64,000 nt of DNA from Mytilus californianus (taxonomy: Eukaryota), in the NCBI RefSeq assembly GCF_021869535.1, contig NW_026262604.1, forward strand, positions 56,482,001 to 56,546,000. Direction: 5' to 3'. Position 1 is the first letter of the stretch; each line of letters starts with the position of its first letter. Of the stretch, positions 28,401 to 40,610 are shown piece by piece. Under the pieces are notes generated by a model. It did no database searches, was not told the origin of the DNA, and was given only the letters and a program-made list of their open reading frames with translations. The translations under genes were made by a program, and so were the position numbers.

Positions 28401-31400
28401 ACGAAGAGGCGACGAAATGAGCATCTGATAAGATAAGATGCCTCCTCAAAACTATTACCATGTAATGAAATATGAAACAATCTGACAGAAATGTCATACG
28501 TATACAGCGGACAAGTTGTGCTATTAATTTTTATCTAAATATTTGTTTAAATCATCCTGTTATTTTTCTGTCTCAGTGACGTTTTCCTTAATTGATTCCT
28601 TGTCACAAAAAAATAAACCCACTTTAAATTGAAAATCAGAGGTGTTAAATTGGCAAAAGCAGAGATTTTTTATTCTTTGAATAGAAGATGTGGAGAATAC
28701 GTTAATGCGGCTTCAAATTTGAGTTAACATTTCGTCTACTAAAAACTCTTCAATGACGCTCGAATGATAAAAGTAAAAAGGCATTAATGAAGTACGAAGT
28801 TGAAATATTTCTATATTACAGATATATCATCTATTTCTATATTTACAGATATATTATCAATTTCTATTTTTAGATACATATATCATCAATTTCTATTTTT
28901 AGATATATATGTTATCAACTTCTATTTTTACAGATAAAGTATCAACTTCTATTTTTACAGATAAAGTATCAATTTCTATTTTTACAGATACATAATCAAT
29001 TTAATTTCTATTTTTACAGATATATAATCAATTTAATTTCTATTTTTACAGATATATATAATCAATTTAATTTCTATTTTTACAGATATATAATCCTTTT
29101 CTCTATTATCCTGATGAGTACAGTTTATTAAATGCACACGGTACTAAGTGGAAAACACAGAGGAGGGCAGTAGTTGCTGCATTTAATTCCTTACCAATAC
29201 ATGTTGTGAGTATTTGTATATTTTAAGCATGATAAGAATAAATTAATATTTCCGGAAGTACAAACAAAGTAGAAGACACCTTAGGGAAAACAGCAAAATC
29301 ATTAATAGAGGAAAAACACACAAGACTACGGCCAAAGACGAAAAACGAAAAACGACTGAAAGATAAACAATAGTCTTCAAACAGAAAACAGAAAACTGGA
29401 GACTGAACAGCATGAACCTCACAAAAACGAATAAGGGTTGATCTGGTGTGCTTCGGAAGGTTAAGCAAAACCTGCGTCACTACATGCGTTTATATAAAAT
29501 AGCATTTCACTGGGCTTATAATAGACTAATTTGAAACATGTATTATAATAATTATGGAATTTTGATAATATTTATAACACACATTGCTTACATCCACTTT
29601 ATTTGAACTTTGGTGGATAGTTGTCTCATTGGCAATCATACCACATCTCCTTATTTTTATATTGATTATATATTTTGGTGTAGTGTCTTAATGCAAAGTG
29701 TGCTGATTACGATAATTTGAACGATTGAGTTACAGTAACATTTTGATCGGAGATAATGAAGCCATGAGAATATGCCGTATAAGACATAACAAATCACGGT
29801 TCTTTAGAGTCAATACAATTATTCATTGAATGCCGTTTTTCTGAAGTATTTGGTCTCAAATACCATACAAACAGTCAGAAATTTAAAGAATGACGTCTTT
29901 GGAATTTGAAACTTGTATATCATTCTTCAAATTGCTGGAATAATTGAATATAAGTACTCGGTAAAGAATTATCCAAAATCCAAAAATACAAGTTGTATTA
30001 AAACATAATATTTACTGCACTACATTGTGTTTTGTTCTTCATATACTTTTGTCGTGATCTTGTACAACATTGAATAGCATTCTTCGAAAAATATTGTAAA
30101 AGTAAATTATGAGATGAACATTTCATTTTAAAGTGAATAAATAATTAGTACATATGTATAAATTAAAAACTATGATACGTTCATATGATTTTATCATTCT
30201 TTTGTTCAAATAGGTGTCAGAACGATTATGCAAGACAACAACTGAACTCACAAATATATTGTCCGATGCTGCATTCCAGTATAAGGAAGGGTTCGATATT
30301 GGCAGGTACAATTGGATGTAATCATTAATAGACTATATGTATTTACCCAGTCGACGCACCCAGTCTCGTTCTTTTTGAGTTCATGGGATTTCCTCAGATT
30401 TTTAGCTGTTACCTTGATTTGTCTTTTCTTAATTGATTTACGATATTTGAACATTGGTTAATTAATGTCGCCTTAATTTATATGTTCTTTTACACATTTA
30501 TGCTGTCATTTTTTTTAATTGTTCATTAAATTGTAGAATCATTTAAAACAATAACATGTGTCTACTTCATGCATTGATAGCATAACTAGATTGGGCACAA
30601 CATTTTGAAAATGTAGGATTTTCAACTTTGTAACACATTTGGCCTTCCATATATTTTGATACGCCGCTGATTAGTCTTTAGACGAATATCGCGTTTTTGG
30701 TGTCATATATGCTTATTTAGAAGCCTGCTGTGTTTTATAACTTTTTAAAATTTAATTTCATCATACAAAACACACACTAAGCTAAAGAGCGTCTTAAGTT
30801 ATGTAACTAATTTACAATGAAAAACAGAAACTACACATGTATGGTGAAAAATCTTTCCAAATCGTATACATCTAGAGAAAGAATTTAATAAAACAGGCCA
30901 CTCAAAAGCAGTTGATTTTGTCTAATCTTGAATTTGAACAATAACAATAAATTGGTAACCTTCAATATTGTGAAGCCTATTCACATAGGGGAGCATTGTA
31001 TTAAATCCTCAAGTCTTAGAATATACAAAATGTTTCATGCAATTGTTAATTTCTGTGTCATTTGTCCTCTTGTGGAGAGTTGTCTCATTGACAATCATTC
31101 AACATCTTCTTTTTCATATATGACCTATTAAACATGTTGAAAGCCATAATTATAGAATTTCACAAGCGGGTTTAAATGTACGATTTTAACAACTGAGAGT
31201 CCCTTTCTAAAACAAGATGTCTATCAACAGGGATCCTATCACAAGTTAGCGAAGTAATAATACCATGCTCGGATCATAAAGCCTACGACAAAAATGTTCA
31301 TCACCAGTCTGAGTGCATCTAGCGCCATATAGAATAATATGCAATTATTGTACTTTGTAATAATAATAATAACAAAAGTGCTGTTTTTGCAATCAAAAAT

Positions 31401-34400
31401 AATATACAAAGGAAGGACTAGGTCAACAATTTAGTTGTTAACAGTCTGAATGCATGATTGTATGTTTTCTCTGTTAATTTAGGCATAGTAATTTTTATGT
31501 ATTTTTTCATTCCAGAATCATTGACCGATATACACTTGACGCTTTTGCAAATGCAGCATTTGATTACAAAGTTAATAGCATGAGAGATGAAAATACAACA
31601 TTGTATCAATTTATGAAAGTTTTTAACGAGTCTTCCTCGGCAGACAATCCTGTTGCAGGACTAGCAAGTAAATATTAATATCAATTAAATAAGCAAAGCA
31701 TGATAAGAGAGCACACAAATTAATTCCGATTTCAAGAATAGTTGAAAAAATGAAACAAATTACTTGAAAAAACAGATCTTGATTTTTTTCTTTGGCTACC
31801 ATCAGATAAGACAAACTGCTTTGTCTTTCGAATCGGCAATGGCACTAGGTAGTGCCAAACTTGACTTTAAGAAACCCACTTCGAATTCATAAAAATCAGA
31901 TGATAAGAGAAGAGTGATAAAGACAGAAATATCTGGTGCTGACAAATAAAACTTATATTTTCGCAGTTTCTTTTTTATAAGCAAATATACATTAGAGAAG
32001 AGAGGCGAAAGATACCAAAGGAACATTCCAACTCTTTAATGGTTAACAAAGTGATAATGCCATGGCAAAAAACGAAAAAACGTTTAATAAAAAAGAGTGA
32101 TGATCAAATAGTTCCATTCATTGTCCTGCAGCAGCGCAGACAAAAATGGCCTCATTTATATGTTATACAAAATGGAAGAATGATTGATCTTTGATGATTT
32201 AATCGATACAATTATGAAAAAATGTTGCAAAATGTATAATATTTGTGGACTTAAAAATTTGAAAAAGTAAGAAAATATAACATAATTTTTTTTTAAACTT
32301 TGCAAATATAAACAAATCTTCTTATTGTATATTCCCAGGAGTTTATGATTCATTAGTACCATTTCTACAGTTATTTGATACAAAGCATAAAAGTACACAT
32401 ATACAGCATATTCACGAACTAAGAGAACTTATCGAGAAAAGACAAGAACAGGTATATCATCATTACTTAAATCAAATTTCTTTACAATGAAAAAGTATTG
32501 AAATCGAAGAAAGCTTTTAAATCAAATGTAATGCTGATGAGTATAAATGAAACAACTTCTTATGTGTCACCGACAGCTAAAATGATTTTGTTCAGATCCC
32601 TGTCTACATCAAATACTACGGATCCACTGACTATAGACCACTTAACGCTAATAAAATACTGATAAGAACACGTGTTACAAAAAAAACCAAGTTAGTTCAT
32701 TGCTGTTATTCATGTTGACAGTTGCTTTGAAAACATCAACAATAAGCTTGTGAGACTACACCCTACATCAATATCAAGACAAACCATTTATATAATCGAT
32801 CACATGAATGACAGGAACTATCGGGAGAATATCATAATTTAACAGATAAGAATAAATAATTTTTTGACAAAAAGGTTGACGTTCTACACAAAGCACTATC
32901 GTTAAATGTGTAAATAAAGTCCAATCATGGTGTAGATACATTAAAACAATATGATAACCTTTACACTTTTAGATAAAGTCTGTGAACATATATATATTGC
33001 AAAAACCTTTGTTTTTTACCAAAGGGTCAACAACCTGTCATTGATAATGTCATAGATTATCTACTCTATACTAAGATACCAGATAGCAATAATAGGAACC
33101 AACCGCGAAATTTAACAGTAGAAGAAATCGTAGCTCATTTGAATAGTATAACTGGTGGCGGATTTGGAACAACGAATGCTGCCCTTTCATTTGTACTCCA
33201 TCAATTAACAGTTAATCAAGATGTTCAAGAAAAATTATTTCAAGAGATAAAACACCATTGTGGTTTATTTGTAAGTACTTGCAATGTTAATAGATATACG
33301 AAGATGTGGTATGAGTGCAAATGAGACAACTCTCCATGCAAGTCACAATTTGTAAAAGTAAATCTTTATAGGTCAAAATACGGCCTTCAACACGGAGCCT
33401 TGGCTCACACCGAACAGCAAGCTATAAACGGTCACAAAAATGACTAGTGTAAAACCATTCAAACAAGAAAAACAACGATCTAATCTATATAAAAAACGAG
33501 AAACGAGAAAACACTTATGAACAACATCAACAAACGACAACCACTAAACATCAGGTTCCTGATTTAGGTCAGGTGCAAACAAACGCAGTGGGTTTTAACG
33601 TTTTAATAGGCGCCAACCTTTACCCTACCTGAAACAATAGTGTCATCACAACATAGAAAGACACACTATAAAATATCAATTGAAATGGCTTAATTCAGTC
33701 TAAAGACATATTAACAAAAACAAGTGAACAAGACCAAAAATAATCGGTGTGACATTAACAATAGTAACACCATAGACTTTCATTCAAAAGTTCTGACCTT
33801 TTATTTTAGACGAAAAATCAATACAAAGAACTTTTTATACATTTGGTCATCCGAAGCGCTTTTCCTGAAAAAGTTTCACCAGGAGTGATCAAAACCAAAA
33901 CATTTGAATTTCAAGAAAATATGAATACTTCAAAACTTTAGGAGCTCAAACGGGGCTTGAGAAGAATAGCCAGGTCCACATTAGTTACATTTAAGGTGGT
34001 ACCCAACACCTTGACTAATATTAATTTGGCTCGTTTAATTTTCATAAAATTTTGACAAAATGTTTACTTTGACCCTTTGACAAAAATATAAAAATTTCAA
34101 AAAATTTGAACCAACCACTTTATCAGAAAAATTTCTTTGGTTATATAGCAGTTTGACAAACACTAATTTTGATCATTGAGAAGCTTAATATTTCCTTAAC
34201 AATACAACGTAATTAAAACGTTTAGCTGATTTTTACAGAGTTATCTCCCTGTAGTGTTAGGTACCACCTTAAAAGAAACATACATACTTAGATCAGGAAA
34301 TAAAGATACTCAAAGGAAAATGAAACGAAAACTCATCAAATGAAGCACTAGTCCTGTTATCGAAAATACAGAAAAGCCATTAAACATGTTAAATGCAACA

Positions 34401-37400
34401 AAAGCAAATATACCTTTTTATAATGTATATGATGACTTATTTATTCAATGTTCTCCAAATTAGTATTCCAAACTTTAATCATGATCAGAGTGTTTGTTCA
34501 ATTGTATAGGTTTAATACATATATGTTTTCAAATATTTTAGGATAACCCAGATGTGGAAATTATTCATAAAATGAAATATTTAGACAATGTGATAAACGA
34601 AACGTTGCGAATATTACCTTGTGCACCAGGGTATGTATTTTATAAGAAAAAATGTCATATAAGATTATATAGTTGAAAAAACGGATAATTACTCTAAATA
34701 TATATATCTTGTTGCCAAAAAATCAAAAATTTCAATCTCAATTGATTTTTGCCTGGTTATTAACGGAAATATTTCGTTCTTTTTATGATTTGGTAAGAAC
34801 TTATAAGAATCACCTTGATAATAATGCAACCATGTGAAGACTGCCACTGCGCGAAAAGGCTGTATTCGATTAGGTTGCCTTGAACAGATCACCTTTATAC
34901 ATCTTCGTACAACCTTTTTCTTTATTTATACACTCAGAAAGGTTTATTCTTCACAAATTTACTTGAATTTAACGTCCAAAGTCATTAAATGTGGCTTTAC
35001 TAATACTTGATGTAATAGGTATAGCCGTGCTTATATATCCTAGCTACATTGTGGGTGGTCTGACTAAAGTTCAAACTATAATAAGTTCATTAGGCTTCAG
35101 AAAAATATTCAAGCAACTATTTGATTTATAGTTACTAGTACATTAAAACATTTTTTTTATCAACGCAACCGTCGTTTTGTGTTGCCGAAAGAAGAAAGAC
35201 GTGTCTGGCGAACCAAATTGTTAGGCTGGTATTTTTGTGAATTTGTATGTACCAATATATTATAAAGTGTTTATTTAGTTTCGATATTGGTGGTCCCCCG
35301 GAATTGAAAGAAGGCAGGATTTCAGCCTATTCTTGTTTTAGATGATACTTTGTAATTAAACGTGCTTTACATATTAAGCTTTGTAGTTTTAAATTAAATC
35401 AACTTTGAAAGTCATTTCAGTACAGTTGCTCTAGACTAGGTCTGCTGGTCTGTATAGTTCCCATATGATGTCATACTTCAACACATTTTATAAACTATGG
35501 AATTAATATTATTTATAGGATATTATTTTTTCTTGATTTCGTAGGAATAGGTGACCCGTGATTGTCGGTCTTCAACAAAATATAAATTACATATAGACTT
35601 GTATTAAATCTTTGCCAAATCCATTAAACGAAATAAAGGCAACAGAAGTATACCGCTGTTCAATAGGTATAAATCGATTTAACTGAAACAAATTCGGGTC
35701 TCAAACCAAACCCGAGGGAAACACATTAACTATAAGAGGAAAACAACGGAACAACATAAACACTGAACTGCTACAAAAACAAACGCCAACATACATAGAA
35801 ACGGACTATTTGAAAATATAGGAAAATAAATTTTGTTTCTAAATCCTAGAAACAGGTCCTTACGAAAACAGATGAATCAACAGTATTTGTCACGTATATT
35901 CACCAATAAAAATATTGTATACAGTACATGTAGCTTTCGTGTGATTTTTTTAATTTCGAATCAGCATTGCTTTATAGGATGATACATACATTTATTAGTC
36001 CTGCTTTATTTTTCCCTTGCATATTTCTGTGTATGCCATTACTTCTAGAGTAGGTTTTCAATTCATACAAATGCTGAAGTTCTATTGGCACGAAAACAAC
36101 ACATGATTGTAGAATTATCTACTCCCCCGAACTAATAAATCAATACTATTTGTATATACATCGTTCGTTCTCCGTGTACACTTTTGTTTTTCAACAATCC
36201 CATTTTTTAAATTCAACAATTAGTAATTCACATTATTAAGTTTTCGTATAAATAAAAACAAATAAGCATTCAATTCTATAATCACGGATGAATTTTAACA
36301 ATTCGCTGTTTCATAATATAAAGAACCATGGGTAATATCATTGTTCGTACCCCAAATGGAAACAACGTCACGTCATTGGTTGAATTTTAATTGTTTTGGA
36401 CATTAAAAGCCATTCACAGCGTTTTGATGCACGATTTTGAGAATATTTTGAGAATGCATTAGATTTTGAAACGGCGTATTCACAGTGCACAATATCGTTG
36501 AACGACTCAATCGTTATTAGATAAATTATACAAACTGCTTCAAGTCAATGCAATGAACCTTGTTTTGCAGGGTGGCAAGGACGTGTACAGAAGACTGTAC
36601 AATAAATGGAGTTGAATTTCGAAAGGGAATGGTTTTGAGAATAATGTTATGTCCGTTATATGCTGACGACACTATATATCCTGAACCGGAAACGTTTAAA
36701 CCAGAGAGGTAAATAAACATGTTTGACATTTAGATGTACTTTTTGAAGTTGCTTTATAAATTGATACATAATAATGAAGGTTCTTGAAATTTTGACGCTA
36801 CAAATTTCTTTTTAATGTTGCTCAGTCTTTAGTTTTCTATACTATGTTTTGTCTTTTGGTCTTTTTTTCTGGCGTTTTCAGTTTATTTTCAACTTGAGTT
36901 TGAATAACCCCTTTGTATCTTTCGCCTTTTTTTTACTAAACTACCAATGACTTCACTGTGCATTTTCAACAGCTCTTTTCGGAAACCACAGGAATTTACA
37001 ACTAAATAATGCTGCATCGTGATTTGTTTAACTTGACACAGCAACCTACATAAGTAAAGCAGTGCATTATTATGATATTGTACACTGACGTAGTAAAGTA
37101 AAGTGGTGTTCTTGCCATTGCGTAAATGACAAACATAATTGTCACCATATTTAATTTTCGTGTACTACTAGTTGTTGATTGTCATATATTAATGTTTTTG
37201 TTGTTATTTTTTAAATGTGGTTATAATGGAATATCTTTGATTTTTTCTGTTAAATATTTTCACTTTTACTCGGAACTATTTATAGCTTGACAAAAGTCCT
37301 GTCTATTGATGAACACTGTATATTGCCCTCTAAATTAGCTTAATGTTATCGTTGTCTGGAGTTGCTGTCTCATTGATTGATTGATTGATTGGTAATTAAT

Positions 37401-40400
37401 GACACTTCCAGAACTATTGTGTTTTTTCGTGGTTGTCAGCTTTTATTGGTGGAGGAAATCTGAAAGAACCCCCGACCTTCGGCAAGAAAACTACCCAATA
37501 CTAGTCAGTTAATATTAGAGTCGAGCGCACTTGCCACGTGCAGGATTCGAACTCACGACCTTGGTGTTGACAGGATAGTGATACAGTAGTTCGACTACTT
37601 AGACGACTTGGCCACCAAGGTCCCTTTGTCTCATTGACTTTTCCATGTAAATACTTTTATTCATTTAAATATTTACAAAACTGAATTTTTCGTAATACAA
37701 AGGATTTTCTACTCCAGGAGTAGAGGAGTAGATTAGCTGTATTTGTCAAACCTTTCTGAATTTCCAAACTCTAGTGCTCTTCAACATTTTTTATTCGGGC
37801 GTCACTGGTGAGTCGTATTGAGGCGAAACGCGTGTCTAGCGTACACAGCTTTATGCCTTGTATCTATGCTGAGTTTATCTTAAGTTTGAGATATAGCATA
37901 CTGTGTTTCGTCGTTCTGTCTAGATAACAGATCTGTGCTATATCATACTGTGTTTCGTCGCTTTGTCTAGATGGCAGATCTGAGCAATATCATACTGTGC
38001 TTCGTCATTTTTGTCTAGATGGCAGATCTGAGCAATATCATACTGTGTTTCGTTGTTTTGTCTAGATGGCAGATCTGAACTATATCACACTGTGTTTCGT
38101 CGTTCTGTCTAGATGACAGATCTGAACTATATCATACTGTGTTTCGTCGATTTGTCTAGATGGCAGATCTGAGCAATATCATACTGTGTTTCGTCATTTT
38201 TGTCTAGATGGCAGATCTGAGCAATATCATACTGTGTTTCGTTGTTTTGTCTAGATGGCAGATCTGAACTATATCAAACTGTGTTTCGTCGTTCTGTCTA
38301 GATGGCAGATCTGAACTATATCATACTGTGTTTCGTCGTTTTGTCTAGATAGCAGATCTGAATTATATCATACTGTGTATCGTGGTTTTGTCTAGATGGC
38401 ATATCTGAGCAATATCATACTGTGTTTCGTCATTTTTGTCTAGATGGCAGATCTGAATTATATCATACTGTGTATCGTCGTTTTGTCTAGATGGCAGATC
38501 TGAACTATATCATACTGTGTATCGTCGTTTTGTCTAGATAGCAGATCTGAATTATATCATACTGTGTATCGTCGTTTTGTCTAGATGGCATATCTGAACT
38601 ATATCATACTGTGTATCGTCGTTTTGTCTAGATGGCAGATCTGAACTATATCATACTGTGTTTCGTCGTTTTGTCTAGATAGCAGATCTGAACAATATCA
38701 TACTGTGTTTCGTCGTTTTGTCTAGATAGCATATCTAAACTATATCATACTGTGTTTCGTCGTTCTGTCTAGATGGGATTTTTTTGTAGTATCGTTGTTA
38801 AGACTTGAAAGAGCTTGACATTGTATGTTTGGGACTGGTCTATGGTTTTTAAAATATTATGTTAACGTTTTGATGTCATTTGATTGGTTTGTTGTGTCTT
38901 TGTTTTGTTTGCCTTCTGATTAAATAAAGTATACCCTACATTTCCGTTTTCTCATACTTCTCACTATTTAGGTGTCTAATCTAGAAACTTACTGAAGTGA
39001 TTGTATTGGTTTTTTTTTATGTCTTTTGTTTTGCTTATTCTGTTACAGTTGTACATAGCATGTTAATGTAAAGATTATAAAACGACAAGAATAAATGTAG
39101 AAGATGCCACATGGGGAATAGTATCTGTGTTCCTATCCGGAGCCCCTGCGATCGGCCCCGGGTTTTAGTGGGGTTCGTGTAACTAAGTCTTCTTTGTTGT
39201 GTTTTGTGAACTGTTGTTTTTCTTTTCATATGTTTTTGTTTTGTTTTGTGCCATGGCATTGTCAGTTTGATTTCCTTTGGTATCTTTCGTCTGTCTTCTT
39301 AGAGATAAGATGATTTATTACAATTGATTCATGTATGTTAAAAATAAGAATAATGAGTTTAAAGTTGGTATATATATTGCCTTGGATATTGGAGAGAAAA
39401 GATTCAGATTTCTCTTCCTACATGTAATTTTTACAAACAGCAGATTGCATTCCATTGTTAAATTTTAGATAATTATAATGACATATTGTATGTCTTTTTT
39501 AAACATTAATCCCGTATCAACCCGTGACACCATATTCACACGTGAGCTCTGTTGCAGGGATAATATTGATAGAGGAATAATAGAGTGTGTAATATATGTA
39601 CACTTTATCATATGCCTAGACCAAATATTTTTTTTTTCTTTTGTGGTAAGATAAAGCTTGTGCAATCGTGACTCATATCGATAGCGTCATGGATGGCTGA
39701 TAAGGAAAGATTATCATTGGTTGTATAACACATATAATTTTCTTTTATTTTCTCCTACGTTTATTATAAATCTTTTTATTAACGTATCTGCGTCGAAATA
39801 TGTGTACATGTATTTACCTTTAAATGATATTCTTTTCTTTTAAGATTTGATGACGAAGAAAAAAACTCGCGCCATCCGAACAGTTTTCTACCGTTTGGAC
39901 AAGGACCGCGGATCTGTCCTGGTTACAGAATAGCTTTAACTCTGATGAAAATTGCTATTGTTTTTATTTTAAGACAGTTCATACTGAAACCATGTGATAA
40001 AACTAAGGTAAAATCATGCTTACTTTTTTTATTTAAAGGTTCATTTGAGTGTCGAAATTGTCAAATATGTAAATAAATTTTACTTGTAATATTTTTTTCA
40101 ATATCGGTCCAAATAAGGTATCAAGAATTCGATAGTAAACCAACTTATTTTTGACAAAAATGTAATACACACGGCTTAATAAAAAAGTAAATCACTATCA
40201 CTAACAAAAGACGAGCAGACATACTCTAACATTATATAGAAAAATTACAGACAAAGCTTTTTGAATACACCCCCCCCCCCTCCCCACCAAAAATAAAACG
40301 AATAGCAATTATGTAAATACTACGATCTAGTACATAAACCAATTCTAAATACAATGAATACAGTTGTACTAATGTATATGAAAAACTCATACACGACTGG

Positions 40401-40610
40401 GGTCTATTGAAAGTCATTAAGTACCACGTTCATACAATATTTTCTTAAGAATATTTATTTCATCTTTTTCTATGTTTTAAAATACAATTAACAGACAAAT
40501 GTTTTTAATTTCAGGACCCGTTGCCGACAGCGCTGCGACCAATGCTTGTACCAAGAGATGCTGTTTATGTCAAATTGCAACTCCGAAACAATAATATGTT
40601 GTCAACCTGA
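19392..40610 (+). CDS. Cytochrome P450, clan 3 (CYP3-like), 13 coding exons, 516 aa
   Basis: Manual splice model with GT-AG introns and consistent phases: 19392-19486, 20961-21057, 22684-22736, 23604-23700, 29086-29205, 30214-30305, 31516-31667, 32339-32451, 33025-33270, 34542-34630, 36571-36708, 39845-40007, 40515-40610 (1551 nt including stop). Motifs: TM anchor, IPGPKP, WKTQR (WxxxR), I-helix GGFGTT, ETLR (ExxR), FKPERF, heme motif FGQGPRICPG. Confidence 0.95.
19795..20097. mobile_element. PIF/Harbinger-type MITE in CYP intron 1
   Basis: TAA flanks on both sides; TIRs gggagctac.atttgattttt / aaaaatcaaatggtagctccc; internal tcctgccttt repeats. A truncated inverted copy lies at about 55955-56067. 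Confidence 0.8.
20961..21057 (+). CDS. CYP exon 2 (KMHRTYSIFQTLKIPGPKPVWILGNIHEFKEE)
   Basis: tttacag acceptor and gtaaat donor; proline-rich hinge IPGPKP..GN. Confidence 0.92.
22684..22736 (+). CDS. CYP exon 3 (DKLSMFKVWRKKYGDVYG)
   Basis: 53-nt exon between tttcag and gtaagt; KKYG motif. Confidence 0.92.
23604..23700 (+). CDS. CYP exon 4 (FYEGFKPSVVVCDPEMSRLILVKHFEKFHIRP)
   Basis: tttgtag acceptor and gtatgt donor; typical clan-3 beta1/B-helix sequence. Confidence 0.92.
25198..26293 (-). mobile_element. Second array of the ~537-bp retrozyme-like family (about 2 units), antisense in CYP intron 4
   Basis: Reverse-complement homolog of the 47-48 kb unit (agtctaaattg at 25231 and 25770). Hammerheads at 25581-25624 and 26117-26160 both read GTC-CAAA instead of GTC-GAAA. 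(TA)n lies at the same unit end. Confidence 0.9.
28806..29095 (+). repeat. Tandem repeat of the exon-5 splice acceptor (about 10 units of 26-34 bp)
   Basis: Unit tttctatttttacagatatataatcaa; the last unit is the real acceptor. Confidence 0.9.
29086..29205 (+). CDS. CYP exon 5 (IYNPFLYYPDEYSLLNAHGTKWKTQRRAVVAAFNSLPIHV)
   Basis: C-helix WxxxR; donor gtgagt. The acceptor is the last of about 10 tandem acceptor-like units. Confidence 0.88.
30214..30305 (+). CDS. CYP exon 6 (VSERLCKTTTELTNILSDAAFQYKEGFDIG)
   Basis: caaatag acceptor and gtacaa donor; phases 0 and 2 fit the neighbouring exons. Confidence 0.85.
31516..31667 (+). CDS. CYP exon 7 (IIDRYTLDAFANAAFDYKVNSMRDENTTLYQFMKVFNESSSADNPVAGLA)
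   Basis: ttccag acceptor and gtaaat donor; E-helix YTLD..A.AAF motif. Confidence 0.92.
32339..32451 (+). CDS. CYP exon 8 (VYDSLVPFLQLFDTKHKSTHIQHIHELRELIEKRQEQ)
   Basis: ttcccag acceptor and gtatat donor; phases 1 and 0 fit; G-helix I.KR pattern. Confidence 0.85.
33025..33270 (+). CDS. CYP exon 9 (H and I helices, ...RNLTVEEIVAHLNSITGGGFGTTNAALSFVLHQLTVNQDVQEKLFQEI...)
   Basis: Open frame from the ccaaag acceptor to the gtaagt donor; I/J-helix pattern QDVQEKLFQEI. Confidence 0.9.
33293..33722 (+). repeat. Longest copy of the same interspersed repeat (CYP intron 9)
   Basis: Collinear with 2208-2522 and extends further 3'. Confidence 0.8.
33995..34268. mobile_element. TTAA-flanked MITE (Kolobok-type GG termini)
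   Basis: TTAA on both sides; 15-bp TIR ggtggtacccaacac / gtgttaggtaccacc with one mismatch. Confidence 0.8.
34542..34630 (+). CDS. CYP exon 10 (DNPDVEIIHKMKYLDNVINETLRILPCAPG)
   Basis: K-helix ETLR; ttttag acceptor and gtatgt donor. Confidence 0.95.
36571..36708 (+). CDS. CYP exon 11 (VARTCTEDCTINGVEFRKGMVLRIMLCPLYADDTIYPEPETFKPER)
   Basis: PERF meander motif; ttgcag acceptor and gtaaat donor. Confidence 0.95.
37372..37623 (-). mobile_element. tRNA-derived SINE, second copy (CYP intron 11)
   Basis: Reverse complement gggaccttggtggccaagt ... gagttcgaatcc, with a (TGAT)n tail on the + strand. Confidence 0.75.
37896..38776. repeat. 47-bp minisatellite, 19 copies (CYP intron 11)
   Basis: Unit tatcatactgtgtttcgtcgttttgtctagatggcagatctgaacta; tctagat counted 19 times at 47-48 bp spacing. 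Confidence 0.95.
39845..40007 (+). CDS. CYP exon 12 (heme-binding FLPFGQGPRICPG)
   Basis: FxxGxRxCxG motif; tttaag acceptor and gtaaaa donor; 163 nt. Confidence 0.97.
40515..40610 (+). CDS. CYP exon 13 (DPLPTALRPMLVPRDAVYVKLQLRNNNMLST*)
   Basis: tttcag acceptor; 96 nt to TGA; typical clan-3 C-terminal beta strand. Confidence 0.9.
   Translation, partial: DPLPTALRPMLVPRDAVYVKLQLRNNNMLST

Noticed and set aside
29110-29140. CTGATGAG within CYP exon 5
   Set aside because: It encodes PDE and has no downstream GAAA or stem architecture.
32534-32570. CTGATGA...GAAA hammerhead-like string
   Set aside because: No stable stem II, no stem III and no stem I partner; a chance match in AT-rich DNA.
33139-33324. 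61-aa track ORF as a standalone gene
   Set aside because: It is part of CYP exon 9 running on into the intron.
37896-38776. Regularly spaced repeats with internal palindromes resembling a CRISPR array
   Set aside because: The units are contiguous with no unique spacers, there are no cas genes, and the context is a eukaryotic intron. It is a minisatellite.
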